From the NCBI GenBank assembly GCA_965227775.1, contig OZ245777.1, forward strand, positions 2,528,001 through 2,592,000: a stretch of DNA of 64,000 nt, written 5' to 3'. The DNA comes from Phycisphaerales bacterium (lineage in GTDB: Bacteria > Planctomycetota > Phycisphaerae > Phycisphaerales > UBA1924). This document shows, one piece after another, positions 9,739 through 19,849 of the stretch. Positions within the stretch are counted from its first letter, which is position 1. Each line of letters begins with the position of its first letter. The notes below the pieces were generated by a model. That model was not told the origin of the DNA and ran no database searches. It saw only the letters and a list, made by a program, of their open reading frames with translations. The translations under genes and the position numbers were made by a program.

Positions 9739-12669
9739 ATGCACAAGACAACGCGTGTCACTGGAAACAGTCGCCGGACTCTCACGTTGCGAGGGGCGGC
9801 TCTTCTGAGTGCTATCTCGGCAGGGCTTTGGCTCGTGGGGTGTGGTTCGGAACAGGGTGAGAGCGCACCACCTCCGGACACGTCAAGCGCTGGAGAGGTG
9901 GCCACAAGTGCTGAAGTCGAGCCAGTAACCGAGCCACCGGTCGAGCCTGCAGAGCCAGCGGAACCGATCCGTCCCAACTTGCCAGAAGGCGAGCCGCTTC
10001 GCGCCGAGGGGATGGAGTTGCTGTGGGCAGCCTGGGGCGACAAGGAGCTCGAGCGAGTCGTTGATTCGACAGAACTTGCCCGGACTATCTTACGGGACCG
10101 CGGAAACGTGACCGCCAGCTTGTGGCGTCAATATGACAGCGAGGTGGGTGATCCTGATCCTGGCGTAGCGAAGTGGTTGACGTTCGCCATGCGCACGCCC
10201 GGCGGAGTTGTGCGAGGCGGATTGCACGACAACTCGGTTGTCTACGTCGAAGTGCCCGTCGAACTTGTTCCGCCATTCCGAGAGCAGGGCGTCTGGAAGC
10301 CCGACGAAGCCGCAAGGGCGAACGAACTTCTGGTGGGAACCTCGGCCGCAACGCCCCCGGGCGTGGTCTGGTCTCGCTGGGGGAACGACGGGGGCCGCGG
10401 CGGATGGGGGGATGCCCACGGCCCGATCTCCGAGCAGATCGCGCAAGAGAGTCGCATCTACAACAAGCGTTCGAACCTGGGCATCCCGCGACCCAACAGG
10501 ATGCGGAGCAAGACGCTGCGCTTCTTGGCGTCATTCGGCGGACAGCCGCTGGCCGGCCACCTCCGCCAGGACTCGTACCTCGATCTTGCACCTTCGCCTG
10601 AGGAAGTGAGCGAGCCCGAATACATGACATTTGGCCCAGCTGGTCCTGGCCTGCCACAAGCGGTCGCGTTGCTTGAAGGTGTATCGGCGGTGGCCGACTA
10701 TGAGCCGGTGGCCGACGGCTCGGCAGTGCTCGTGCTCGATGGCGACGGCTCGCGCGTGCTGCGAGTTGTCGGCGAGACGCTCGAAGTAGAGGCGACGCTC
10801 GAGGGTCTCGAGCCCATCTACGCCGACTTGGCGGTGGGCCTGGACGGGCAGGCATACGTCGGCGGTCCCGTCGACGGCTTCGATCGCTCGCGGCAGCCAT
10901 CGGATGGCCGCGGAAAGGTGTTGGCCTTCGATCCGGCCTCGATGTCCACGAACGGGGCACCGATTGGTGTTCGGTGCGACGTTGCTCGCTTGGGCGTGAT
11001 CGAGGGCGGTCGATTCGTGGCCCTACATGGCAGCGGCAATGGCTCGCTGATGCTCTTGGACGCTTCCTCTGGCGTCATGCTTGCCGAGGAGAGCACTTGG
11101 GGCCAACCAGACGCGATGATGGTGCACGCGGACGGCCGACGCGTGTACCTGACTGACAACAACCACCTCACGTGCCGCTGGTTTCGTGAGGACGCAATCG
11201 ATAGCGGTGGGCGCATGTTCGATGCCGTCGACTTTGTGGCCGGGCAGGTCCGTGTCAAGGGCGCGGCTGCTCTGCTGAGCGACGGCGAGCACGTGCTGTC
11301 AACCAGCGGTTCGCTGGTGAGGCTGTCAAACAGTGCGCAGCGTCATCTTCTTGGCGTTGCGGAACTCCAGGCCAACTCGGGAGGCGTGATCAGCGAGACG
11401 CTCGGCGCTCTTGTGCTGGCGGTCGACGGGGGCCTACAGCCGTATGCATGGCCCACACTCCAGCCGTTGCCCGAAAGCAGGATCAAGGGCCAACTTACTG
11501 ACTTGCGTCTCGCCCCCGGCGGCACGTTCGCGTGGGCACGGTGGCTGCCGGATGCACAATTCGGGAGAGATGGACCTACCGGGGCATCGGACAGTCTGCT
11601 GGTTCGAATCGACCTCGCCGCACTGCTACCCGATGACTTTGAGGCGCCAGTGCTGGACGTGGTGTCCGACGACGCCGACGCGACTATCGACCGGCGGCTA
11701 CCGCTGCGGACCGACCTCGCTTCCCTACTGACGCACCCGAACGGCTCGGCCCTGTTCGTGCTCGACGTCGCGAACGGGTACGTGCTGAAGCTCGATCCGG
11801 AGACTCTCGATGTCGTGCTGACAAGCGAACGTCTGCCTTTTGGCGCACGCCAGTTGGCTGTGGACCCGCGTGGCGAACGGCTTTTCGTTTCTGTGGCCCC
11901 CATGGTCTTTGGGAGCAACACGGACCGCGAGAACGGCGCGCTCGTGGCGCTCGATCCCGAGACCCTTGCCGTGCTCGGCACGCCGATCAACTTCAGGTTC
12001 GATCCGTTCGGGCTGGCGGTCAGCGGTGATGGACGCGCGTTCGTTTCGGGTGGCAGCAACCAGTGGACCGACCTCCTAGTGCTAAGCCTTGATACCGGCA
12101 CCGAACTCGGCAGGAAAGGCGGGCTGCGCCAGGGAACGTCGATCGCGCTGGCAGCCGGTGACTCGCTGCTACTGACCTCGACCAGCGGCCTCTCGCCCGC
12201 GTCGGTCGCCGGCGTCGCAATTGACACGAGCGCAAAGCCCAGCGAACTTCCGCAAATTCGCGTCGAGAACGAGCGCGCCCACGAGGGTGCGGGCGGTGCA
12301 ATCTGGGCAACTCCCGACGGTCGATTCGCTGCAGCCCGAGGTGGTGCCGTGTATGAGGTCAAGGGCGTGCGCGGCCGTCAGCAGATCGAGTACGCCGGCA
12401 AGGTCGAGACAGTCTCGGGGCTGACCAGTGCCGCCGGTCTCCTGATCATCGCCCATGAAGATGGCACGCTCATTGCGTACGAGTCGCGCGGCGTGCGACC
12501 CCGGTCGCAGGTGTTGGTGAAGGGTGTGCTTAGCGACCTGGTCGTCGATCAGCGTGGCCAACGTCTGTTCGCGATCCATCGGCCCGATGGCGGGCTGGAT
12601 CGATCCGGCCGCTCAGAAGGTGGCGGATTGGCGGACGTTGTGTCGATCGATCTGGGTGTGCTGCGATAG
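9739..12669 (+). CDS. Large lipoprotein with two YncE/YVTN-like beta-propeller domains
   Basis: Lipobox LVGC, Pro/Glu linker, repeated blades (e.g. MVHADGRRVYLTD, LAVDPRGERLFVS, LAVSGDGRAFVS, VVDQRGQRLFA). Confidence 0.75.
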   Translation: MHKTTRVTGNSRRTLTLRGAALLSAISAGLWLVGCGSEQGESAPPPDTSSAGEVATSAEVEPVTEPPVEPAEPAEPIRPNLPEGEPLRAEGMELLWAAWGDKELERVVDSTELARTILRDRGNVTASLWRQYDSEVGDPDPGVAKWLTFAMRTPGGVVRGGLHDNSVVYVEVPVELVPPFREQGVWKPDEAARANELLVGTSAATPPGVVWSRWGNDGGRGGWGDAHGPISEQIAQESRIYNKRSNLGIPRPNRMRSKTLRFLASFGGQPLAGHLRQDSYLDLAPSPEEVSEPEYMTFGPAGPGLPQAVALLEGVSAVADYEPVADGSAVLVLDGDGSRVLRVVGETLEVEATLEGLEPIYADLAVGLDGQAYVGGPVDGFDRSRQPSDGRGKVLAFDPASMSTNGAPIGVRCDVARLGVIEGGRFVALHGSGNGSLMLLDASSGVMLAEESTWGQPDAMMVHADGRRVYLTDNNHLTCRWFREDAIDSGGRMFDAVDFVAGQVRVKGAAALLSDGEHVLSTSGSLVRLSNSAQRHLLGVAELQANSGGVISETLGALVLAVDGGLQPYAWPTLQPLPESRIKGQLTDLRLAPGGTFAWARWLPDAQFGRDGPTGASDSLLVRIDLAALLPDDFEAPVLDVVSDDADATIDRRLPLRTDLASLLTHPNGSALFVLDVANGYVLKLDPETLDVVLTSERLPFGARQLAVDPRGERLFVSVAPMVFGSNTDRENGALVALDPETLAVLGTPINFRFDPFGLAVSGDGRAFVSGGSNQWTDLLVLSLDTGTELGRKGGLRQGTSIALAAGDSLLLTSTSGLSPASVAGVAIDTSAKPSELPQIRVENERAHEGAGGAIWATPDGRFAAARGGAVYEVKGVRGRQQIEYAGKVETVSGLTSAAGLLIIAHEDGTLIAYESRGVRPRSQVLVKGVLSDLVVDQRGQRLFAIHRPDGGLDRSGRSEGGGLADVVSIDLGVLR

Positions 12670-12729
12670 CGACGATACCATGTTGCGGCGTCGAGCACGT
12701 ATCGGCGCTACTCAGCCGAACGGGGGCCC

Positions 12730-13287
12730 GTGATGAAGACCAGGAACATCGCAGCGATGGCATGGCTCGCCGCTGGTACGGCCGCAATAGCGCGCCAGGA
12801 TGGTGGTGGACAAGATGCAAGCGGTGGTAGCGATGCGGCCGCGACAGCGCAGCGAGCCGCGGAGCAGACCGTTGAAGGCGCGCGGCAGGCGGCGGGTGAT
12901 GCGGCCAGATCCATCGCCCAGGCCGCAAGCGAGCTCACGGTCGGCGACGTGCTGGCGTTCGTCGTGGTCGGTGCGCTCGCGGGTGCCATCATCGGCCGCA
13001 TCTTCTCTGGCAAGATGAAGGGGTACGGGCCGGCTCTCAACATGGTCGTGGGCTTGGTTGGTGCGGCCATCGGTGGGGTGCTCTTTGCGCAGCTGGGCAT
13101 CGACTTTGACCTGGGCTCGTTCGATGTGACGTATACGAGCCTGATCGCGGCCCTCGCCGGTGCTGTACTGCTACTGGCACCTTTCGCGCTCTACAAGCGG
13201 CATCGCGAAGCGAAGAAGAAGGCCGCCGAACAGAAGAAGATCGACAAGCAAGCGCAGAAGCTGGCCGACAAGAAGGTGGCGAACTGA
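12730..13287 (+). CDS. GlsB/YeaQ/YmgE (transglycosylase-associated) family membrane protein
   Basis: VVGALAGAII...NMVVGLVGAAIGG...SLIAALAGAVLLL pattern; Lys-rich tail. Confidence 0.75.
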   Translation: MMKTRNIAAMAWLAAGTAAIARQDGGGQDASGGSDAAATAQRAAEQTVEGARQAAGDAARSIAQAASELTVGDVLAFVVVGALAGAIIGRIFSGKMKGYGPALNMVVGLVGAAIGGVLFAQLGIDFDLGSFDVTYTSLIAALAGAVLLLAPFALYKRHREAKKKAAEQKKIDKQAQKLADKKVAN

Positions 13288-13314
13288 TCGGGCCCCACGC
13301 TCGCAGAGGCTTCC

Positions 13315-13602
13315 CTAAGGCGTTGCGGGCGACAGCATCGGCCCAACCACATTCCGTAGGAGCCATATGCCCACGATGATGGCGATCGCGATACCGGCGG
13401 CGCCCCAGCTCCAGCCCAGGCCGCTCTGCCACCAGCTCCCCTTGTAGGTTCCGAGGTCGCCGCAGTCTTCGGCTTTGGGCGGTGGCCCGGCGGAAGGGCA
13501 CGGATGGTCCTCGATCACGCGTTTCGGGCGAGTTGGCGGCTCACCGCGCGGATCCACCGGCTGATGGGGCTCGTTCCGATACCCGGGGCCATCTTGCGCC
13601 AT
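13315..13602 (-). CDS. Small Pro-rich single-TM hypothetical protein (95 aa)
   Basis: C-terminal TM helix (WGAAGIAIAIIVGIWLL); TATCAT -10 box 5 nt before ATG. Confidence 0.6.
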   Translation of the reverse strand: MAQDGPGYRNEPHQPVDPRGEPPTRPKRVIEDHPCPSAGPPPKAEDCGDLGTYKGSWWQSGLGWSWGAAGIAIAIIVGIWLLRNVVGPMLSPATP

Positions 13603-13621
13603 GGGCGATGATATGGGCGGA

Positions 13622-14278
13622 TCAGCCGTCGTCCGCGACGTCGGCTTCGGCGTGGACCGGCGATGCTGGCTCGACCGGCACCTGCACCTCGCCATACCGC
13701 CAGAAGAATGGTGTGAACGGGCCGTTGTAGCCCAGGAATCGCGGTGACCCGTTCGACTGCCATTCGTCCTGGGATTCGAGCCAGGCTTCAAGGAGGCCGA
13801 GCCCACGCTCAAACTTTTTCTGGGAGTAGCCACCGCGTACGCCCACGCTCGCGTACGTCGCCGGCAAGACGTCTTCGACACGAACGAGTCCGTCGCTGCC
13901 AACGGATCCGAGATCCGGCGTGCGATACAGAAACGCCATCGACGACATCGCGTCCTGATCGCCGGTCGCGTAGCCCATGTCGACGGGCGCGGTCATCGCG
14001 ATGTCGTTGGATTTGATGTGCTGGAAGAGCGTGTTGAACATCGACCCCATGCCGCCATCGGCATCGTCGCGAGCCACGCTCGCAGCGCGGTACACCGGAT
14101 ACTCGCGGATGTGCACCTCGCCAACGGGTGTCAACTCGGGCCAGCCCTCAGGGAGCTCGGCGCTCTTGAAGTACCACACGCCCCCGCTGGTGCGTACGCA
14201 GCCAACCAGCGTGAGCACGCCTAGAGCGACCACGCTGGTAGCAACGATCGAAGCGACTCGGATCAGCTTCTTGGGCAT
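13622..14278 (-). CDS. SOUL heme-binding family lipoprotein
   Basis: Lipobox LVGC; IREYP, FNTLFQHIKSNDIAMTAPV, YNGPFTPFFWRYGEV. Confidence 0.85.
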   Translation of the reverse strand: MPKKLIRVASIVATSVVALGVLTLVGCVRTSGGVWYFKSAELPEGWPELTPVGEVHIREYPVYRAASVARDDADGGMGSMFNTLFQHIKSNDIAMTAPVDMGYATGDQDAMSSMAFLYRTPDLGSVGSDGLVRVEDVLPATYASVGVRGGYSQKKFERGLGLLEAWLESQDEWQSNGSPRFLGYNGPFTPFFWRYGEVQVPVEPASPVHAEADVADDG

Positions 14279-14368
14279 GGGCTTCTCCTCGATGATCAGG
14301 CCGAGGAACGGTCTGCTGCGTGCGAGTATGCCGGGCCCTTGAAGCGGGGAATCCTTAGTCCTTCCTGC

Positions 14369-16678
14369 CTACTCCAGGACCATCTCCAGGAACGCCCACA
14401 CGTCGGCGGTTCCGGCGATCCGCTTCTCGGTGCTCGTGCCGGCGCCGTGGCCAGCGTCGCGCTCGATGCGGACCAGGATCGGGTCGGCCCCGCCCGTAGC
14501 AGCCTGGAGAGCGGCGCCGAACTTGAAGCTGTGCATGGGCACGACCCGGTCGTCGCGGTAGGCGGTCGTGACCATCGTGGCGGGGTACTTCTCGCGATGG
14601 CGGACGTTGTGATAGGGGCTGTAAGAATACAGCACCTCGAACTGCTCGGCATCGTCGGCGCTGCCGTAGTCGCTCACCCAGAAGCGGCCTGCGCTGAACT
14701 TGTGGAAGCGGAGCATGTCGAGCACGCCCACCTGCGGGATCGCGGCGCCGAAGAGTTCGGGCCGCTGGGTCATGCACGCACCCACCAGAAGGCCACCATT
14801 GCTTCCACCCTGGATTGCCGTTCGGCTGGGCACGCTATAGCCCATCTCGTGCAGGTACTCGGCCGCGGCGATGAAGTCGTCGAAGGTGTTCTGCTTCTGC
14901 AGCAAGCTGCCAGCCTCGCGCCACGGCAGTCCGTACTCGCTGCCGCCGCGGAGGTTGGCGACGGCGTAGATGTGCCCGCGTTCGAGCCACGCCACGCGGC
15001 TGGTGCTGAAGCCAGGACGCATCGGGATGCCAAAGCCGCCGTAGCCGTAGAGCAGCACCTTGCTGGAGCCATCCAGCGGCGTGCCCTTCTTCATTGTGAT
15101 GAACATGGGGATCTGCGTGCCGTCCTTGGACGGGTAGAAGACCTGGATGGTCTCGTACGGCTCGCCGTCAAAGTCGACCTCGCTCTCGCGGAAGAGCTCA
15201 CTCTCGCCGCTTGCTACGTGGTAGCGGTACGTCGTGCTGGGCTGGGCGAAGCTGCTGTAGCTGTAGTAGGTGTGGTCGTCGTTCTGGCGACCACCAAAGC
15301 CGCCGACGCTGCCCACACCTGGGAGTTCGACGGTTCGGACGAGGTCGCCCTGGGGCGTGTACACGTTCACCTCGGGCAGGACATCACGCAAGGCCTGGGT
15401 GATGATGTGCCCGCCGACCATCGAGGCGCCTTGCAGCGGAATGTCGCCTTCGGGAATGATCTCGACCCAGTTGTCTCGCGATGGATTGGCGGGATCGATG
15501 AGGACAACGCGGCCGAACGGAGCGTCGTCGGTTGTATAGACGATCAGCTTCGAATTCAGTGCATCCGGCGAGAGTGGATTTGACAGAGTTGGGCCGCCAT
15601 GGTGCGTACCCAGCACGCTATAGCGAGCCTTGAACTCCGTCACGATCGGCACGAAGCCCGCATCGTCGTTCAGGTCGTCGACGTACAACAGGTTCTGGGG
15701 CGCGGTGGTCTCGCTGCCGTAGATCAGCAGGAAGCGGCCATCGTCGGTCAGACTCGCGCCCCAGCCGCGGTTGGGGTGGTCGGGGCTCTCGTAGACGAGT
15801 TCGCCTTGCCAACCGATCGTTCCGTCATCCTGCTCTGTCATGCGATGGAAGTAGACGTTGCGGAACTCGTTCAGGCTCGTTAGCTCGGCGCTGCCGGTCG
15901 GACGCTCGGGGTAGCGGCTGTAGTAGAAGCCGCTGCCGTCCTTGGCCCAGGTGATGCCGGTGAACTTGGCTTCGATAATCTCGACGCCCAAGTCCTCGCC
16001 TGTGTCGACGTCGATGACGCGAATGGTCCGCCAGTCGCTGCCGCCCTCTTGCTCGAGGAAGGCCAGCATGGTGCCGTCCTCGCTGGGGCTCCAGCCGGCG
16101 AGGCTGTTGGTGCCCTCTTCGGTCCACGAGTTGGGATCGAGCAGCACGCGTCCGCCGCCGGCTTGGGCGACATCGAGCGATGAGGCGACGCGCAGCACGC
16201 TCTGGTTCTGCAGGCCGTCGTTGGTTGTGAAGAAGTAGCGGCCACCACGCTCCAGCGGTGTGCCGAATCGCGGGTAGTCAAGCAGCTCGGTCAGCCGCTC
16301 CTGGTAGGCCTCGCGCGAGTCGGCGTGCTGCATGACCTCGTCGAACAGCGCGTCCTGTTGGTCCGCCCACTCGATGAGGCGGGGATCGTCCGGATCCTCC
16401 ATGTATCGGTAGGGGTCGGCGACCGCGACGCCATGCAGGTCATCGACCACGTCGACGGTCGGCGCCTTGGGGTAGTCAATGACCTGCCAAGGCTCAAAGC
16501 CCTCCTGGTAGGCGTCCTCCCAGCGGACGAGCGGCATGCCGCCGCGCGATGCGGCCTCGAGCGGGCCGGCAAAGGCGTTGCGCTCGGGGCGATCGATGGT
16601 GCAGGCGGTCAACGTGGCAGCAGCGGCCAGGCCGGCGAGGCCCAGGAGTGCGCAGGACGTGGTGCGGGGAATCGGCAT
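14369..16678 (-). CDS. Prolyl oligopeptidase (S9A), lipoprotein
   Basis: VADPYRYMED, YGYGGF, NLRGGSEYG, GGSNGG (Ser), DDRVVP (Asp), AGHGAG (His); lipobox LTAC. Confidence 0.95.
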   Translation of the reverse strand: MPIPRTTSCALLGLAGLAAAATLTACTIDRPERNAFAGPLEAASRGGMPLVRWEDAYQEGFEPWQVIDYPKAPTVDVVDDLHGVAVADPYRYMEDPDDPRLIEWADQQDALFDEVMQHADSREAYQERLTELLDYPRFGTPLERGGRYFFTTNDGLQNQSVLRVASSLDVAQAGGGRVLLDPNSWTEEGTNSLAGWSPSEDGTMLAFLEQEGGSDWRTIRVIDVDTGEDLGVEIIEAKFTGITWAKDGSGFYYSRYPERPTGSAELTSLNEFRNVYFHRMTEQDDGTIGWQGELVYESPDHPNRGWGASLTDDGRFLLIYGSETTAPQNLLYVDDLNDDAGFVPIVTEFKARYSVLGTHHGGPTLSNPLSPDALNSKLIVYTTDDAPFGRVVLIDPANPSRDNWVEIIPEGDIPLQGASMVGGHIITQALRDVLPEVNVYTPQGDLVRTVELPGVGSVGGFGGRQNDDHTYYSYSSFAQPSTTYRYHVASGESELFRESEVDFDGEPYETIQVFYPSKDGTQIPMFITMKKGTPLDGSSKVLLYGYGGFGIPMRPGFSTSRVAWLERGHIYAVANLRGGSEYGLPWREAGSLLQKQNTFDDFIAAAEYLHEMGYSVPSRTAIQGGSNGGLLVGACMTQRPELFGAAIPQVGVLDMLRFHKFSAGRFWVSDYGSADDAEQFEVLYSYSPYHNVRHREKYPATMVTTAYRDDRVVPMHSFKFGAALQAATGGADPILVRIERDAGHGAGTSTEKRIAGTADVWAFLEMVLE

Positions 16679-16784
16679 AGTGGGTTCCTCGTGGAGCCGT
16701 GGGGTCCGGAAGGGCGCGAGGCTCGCGCCGGGCGGCGTGGTCCAGCCGCACGAGTCATGTTAAGCAGCCAGAGCCCCAAACGAC

Positions 16785-16817
16785 ATGCCCCCGCTCACAG
16801 CACGCGAGCGGGGGCGT
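16785..16817. terminator. Hairpin between the DUF1579 gene and the prolyl oligopeptidase gene
   Basis: ATGCCCCCGCTC-N9-GAGCGGGGGCGT 12-bp stem; weak U-tract. Confidence 0.5.
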
Positions 16818-16844
16818 TCAATTCTCTTGCGACGGATACCTGGC

Positions 16845-17594
16845 TCAGCGACCGCGGTTTTGGTTCATGCCAGCGCCGCCGCCCGCGTTGCCATCGTTCC
16901 CAGCCTGCTTACGGGTGTAGGTGATCTGGAAGCCGGGGACCCAGTCTTGGCCTTCCTCGGCCTCGGCGCCCATGGCCGCGGCCGCCTCGGCGGGGTAGTG
17001 ACGCGTGAACACCATTTTGTCCTTGCCGTGCATGTCGATCGTGTCGCGAACCGGCATGGTGACGCCGGCCATCGGGTCGGTCTCTTCGCTGTCATAGACC
17101 CAGCCGGTGTCGGTCTTCTCGCCGGTGGCGAACGCGATGGCGGTACCGGTGCCGTCGATCCAGATGCTCTCGAAGCGGTCAAGGGCCCGGTGGTAGCCCG
17201 AGATGCTGATGCCGTGCATCGGCGTGCCCATCACGTCACCGTGGAAGTCCATGCGTACAAACCGACCGCCCATGATCAATTCATACTTTGCCGTGCCGGT
17301 GCTCTCATAATCCATGCCCGGCATCAACCCCAGCAGCTTCGCGTCCCAGTCGCCCACGAACGCCTTCATCTCCTCGTGCTGCTCGACGGGCTCGCCAGCC
17401 TCCATCCACGCCTTCATCATCTCTTCGGGGTCCATGCCCTCCTGAACGGTTTGGATGGTGGGGGCGTCCTGGTCCTCGCCCACGCCGTGCGAGCCGGCGA
17501 GCAGTCCGAAGCCGAACGCAACGCCAGCGGCGATCGCGATTGCAACGACGGGGCCGCGGCCGCACGAATTGAGCAGGGTGCTGATGCGTGACAT
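16845..17594 (-). CDS. DUF1579 family secreted protein
   Basis: PVEQHEEMKAFVGDW, MGGRFV, GISISGY...FESIWIDGTGT; GGGAG RBS. Confidence 0.8.
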   Translation of the reverse strand: MSRISTLLNSCGRGPVVAIAIAAGVAFGFGLLAGSHGVGEDQDAPTIQTVQEGMDPEEMMKAWMEAGEPVEQHEEMKAFVGDWDAKLLGLMPGMDYESTGTAKYELIMGGRFVRMDFHGDVMGTPMHGISISGYHRALDRFESIWIDGTGTAIAFATGEKTDTGWVYDSEETDPMAGVTMPVRDTIDMHGKDKMVFTRHYPAEAAAAMGAEAEEGQDWVPGFQITYTRKQAGNDGNAGGGAGMNQNRGR

Positions 17595-17705
17595 GTGAAC
17601 GTCTCCCTTGTTTGCCCGGGCGTGCGGGTGCTGGTGCAAAAGGGGGAGGGTGCCGCCCGGGCGAGGAAGGATTGTATGCCGGGAGGTCCCGAGGAAGGCT
17701 ACGGG

Positions 17706-19061
17706 TTAGCCCTGGCGATTGGAGGCCATCTTCGGAGCCTCACCTATCGAGGCAGCGATGTCGCGCCGCACTTGCATGCCCCTGAAGTGGATCTTGTCCG
17801 ATGCCGCGTAGGCCCGCTCGCGGGCGTCTTCGACGCTGCTGCCCAGGGCCGTCACGCCCAGCACACGCCCCCCGGCGGTGACCAGGCCGCCCGTCTTCTT
17901 GTCGACTTTCGTGCCCGCGTGGTAGACGAAGACACCCTCCATTGCCTCGGCCTCTTCGATACCTGTGATCGGCTGACCGGTGGCAGGCTTCTCTGGATAG
18001 CCCTCACTGGCCAGCACCACGCACACTGCCGCGCCGGGATGCCACGCGAGTTCCAGGCTCTCGACGTTGCCGGTCGCCGTCGCGAAGAGCATCTCGAGCG
18101 CATCGCTGGCAAGGCGGGGCAAAAGCACCTGGCATTCGGGGTCGCCGAAGCGCACGTTGAACTCGAGCACCTTGGGCCCCGCGGCGGTGAGCATGAGCCC
18201 GGCGTACAGCACGCCGCGGTAGTCGATGCCCTCGCGACGAAGGCTGTCGACCACGGGGAGCAGGATCTCCCGCTGCACGCGCGCCATGGTTGCGTCGTCT
18301 ATGAGCGTGCTCGGGCAGAAGGCGCCCATGCCGCCGGTGTTGGGGCCCTCGTCTCCATCTTTCAAACGCTTGTGATCCTGACAGGCGTCGAGGATGTACA
18401 CGCCCTTGCCATCGGTGAGCGCAAACACCGACACCTCGGGCCCGCTCAGCCGCTCTTCGATCAGCACGCGCGCGCTTGCATCGCCGAAGGCACGGTCGTC
18501 GAGCATCCAGCGGATGGCGTCGGCGGCTTCCTTGTGTGTGCGAGGCACCACCACGCCCTTGCCCGCAGCCAGCCCCGTCGCCTTGATCACGGGCGGCTCG
18601 GTGCGACTGAGCGAGTACTCCACAGCGCGCTCGGCGTCGGTGAAGCTGCGGCTCTCGGCCGTTGGTACGGCGGCGCCGCGCATGAGGTCTTTTGCCCAGT
18701 GCTTGTCGGCTTCGAGCTGGGCTCCGTCCTTGCCCGGGCCGAACACCGCCACACCCTTGGCCCGGAGCTTGTCGGCCAGCCCCTCGGCCAGCGGTGCTTC
18801 GGGACCAACCACGACCAGGTCGATGGCCTTGTCTCGGCAGAACAGCTCGGCCCGATAGGCCTGGGCGGCGTCGATCGGCACGCCCGCGTCGGTTGCGACG
18901 GCGGCGATCCCAGGATTCTGTGGATGGCTGGCATAGAGCTGCCCCAGGCGCGGCGAGGCGGCGATAGCCTCCGCGAGGGCGTGCTCTCGGCCGCCCCCGC
19001 CGACCAGTAGGACGTTCAGCTTCTTCGAGGAAGGTTCGTTCGGAGTGGCAGGAGTTGTCAC
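17706..19061 (-). CDS. purD: Phosphoribosylamine--glycine ligase
   Basis: GGGGREHAL, KATGLAAGKGV, QDHKRL, GPNTGGMGA, EFNVRFGDPE, TAGGRVL. Confidence 0.97.
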   Translation of the reverse strand: MTTPATPNEPSSKKLNVLLVGGGGREHALAEAIAASPRLGQLYASHPQNPGIAAVATDAGVPIDAAQAYRAELFCRDKAIDLVVVGPEAPLAEGLADKLRAKGVAVFGPGKDGAQLEADKHWAKDLMRGAAVPTAESRSFTDAERAVEYSLSRTEPPVIKATGLAAGKGVVVPRTHKEAADAIRWMLDDRAFGDASARVLIEERLSGPEVSVFALTDGKGVYILDACQDHKRLKDGDEGPNTGGMGAFCPSTLIDDATMARVQREILLPVVDSLRREGIDYRGVLYAGLMLTAAGPKVLEFNVRFGDPECQVLLPRLASDALEMLFATATGNVESLELAWHPGAAVCVVLASEGYPEKPATGQPITGIEEAEAMEGVFVYHAGTKVDKKTGGLVTAGGRVLGVTALGSSVEDARERAYAASDKIHFRGMQVRRDIAASIGEAPKMASNRQG

Positions 19062-19098
19062 GAACCAGTGTAGTGCTCGGGGTGTACGAATGTCCCTC

Positions 19099-19638
19099 AT
19101 GACGACCATCAACGTCCGTGACTTCACGCAGCAAGATGTTGCCCCAGCCAACGCGCTCACCAACTGGTACATCGAGAACACCGCGGTCCACTTTGCCTAC
19201 GAGCCACACAGCGACGCCACGTTCGAAGCCGGATGGCGACAAGGCAGGCAGACCCACCCCTGGCTGGCTGCCGACGTTGAAGGCGTCTTTGCGGGCTACG
19301 CCAAGGCGGGAGTTTGGCGAGAACGCAAGGCGTACGAGCGTACCTGTGAGACCGGGATCTACATCCAGCGCGGATTCGAGGGCAAGGGTGTCGGCAAGGC
19401 CCTGTACGACCAACTGCTCCCCAGGCTGCGGGCGGCCGGCTTCCACGCCGTCATCGGAGGCATGACCATGCCCAACTCGGCCTCGGCCGCTCTGCACGAG
19501 CGGGCAGGCTTCCGCAAGGTTGCGCACTTCGAGCAAGTGGGCCGAAAGTTTGGCCAGTGGCACGATGTGGGCTTCTGGCAGTTGGTCTTTCCGGACACGC
19601 CAACCGGCGGGCTGGATTCGCGGCAAGACGGAGCGTAA
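19099..19638 (+). CDS. GNAT N-acetyltransferase (Pat/YncA-like)
   Basis: WRERKAY, GKGVGKALY, PNSASAALHERAGF, VGRKFGQWHDV. Confidence 0.92.
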   Translation: MTTINVRDFTQQDVAPANALTNWYIENTAVHFAYEPHSDATFEAGWRQGRQTHPWLAADVEGVFAGYAKAGVWRERKAYERTCETGIYIQRGFEGKGVGKALYDQLLPRLRAAGFHAVIGGMTMPNSASAALHERAGFRKVAHFEQVGRKFGQWHDVGFWQLVFPDTPTGGLDSRQDGA

Positions 19639-19656
19639 ACTCTCGACCACTAAGAT

Positions 19657-19730
<74 letters not shown>

Positions 19731-19743
19731 TTCGAAGCGAAGC

Positions 19744-19777
19744 CGACCCTCTTTGAGACCAAAGGGGGTCGTTTTTT
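19744..19777 (+). terminator. Intrinsic terminator after tRNA-fMet
   Basis: CGACCCTCTTTG-AGAC-CAAAGGGGGTCG followed by TTTTTT. Confidence 0.85.
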
Positions 19778-19849
19778 CTTTGCCCCGGTCCCCATGGCTG
19801 ACGCGTGAAACCGCTGCTGGCAGCGATGAGTTGAGCCCTAGCCTTGGCC

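Noticed and set aside
14339..19650. Long antisense or alternate-frame ORFs (e.g. 14339-15583 +, 17595-19010 +, 18004-19650 -)
   Set aside because: Shadows of well-supported genes caused by high-GC codon bias; the same applies to similar ORFs throughout the window
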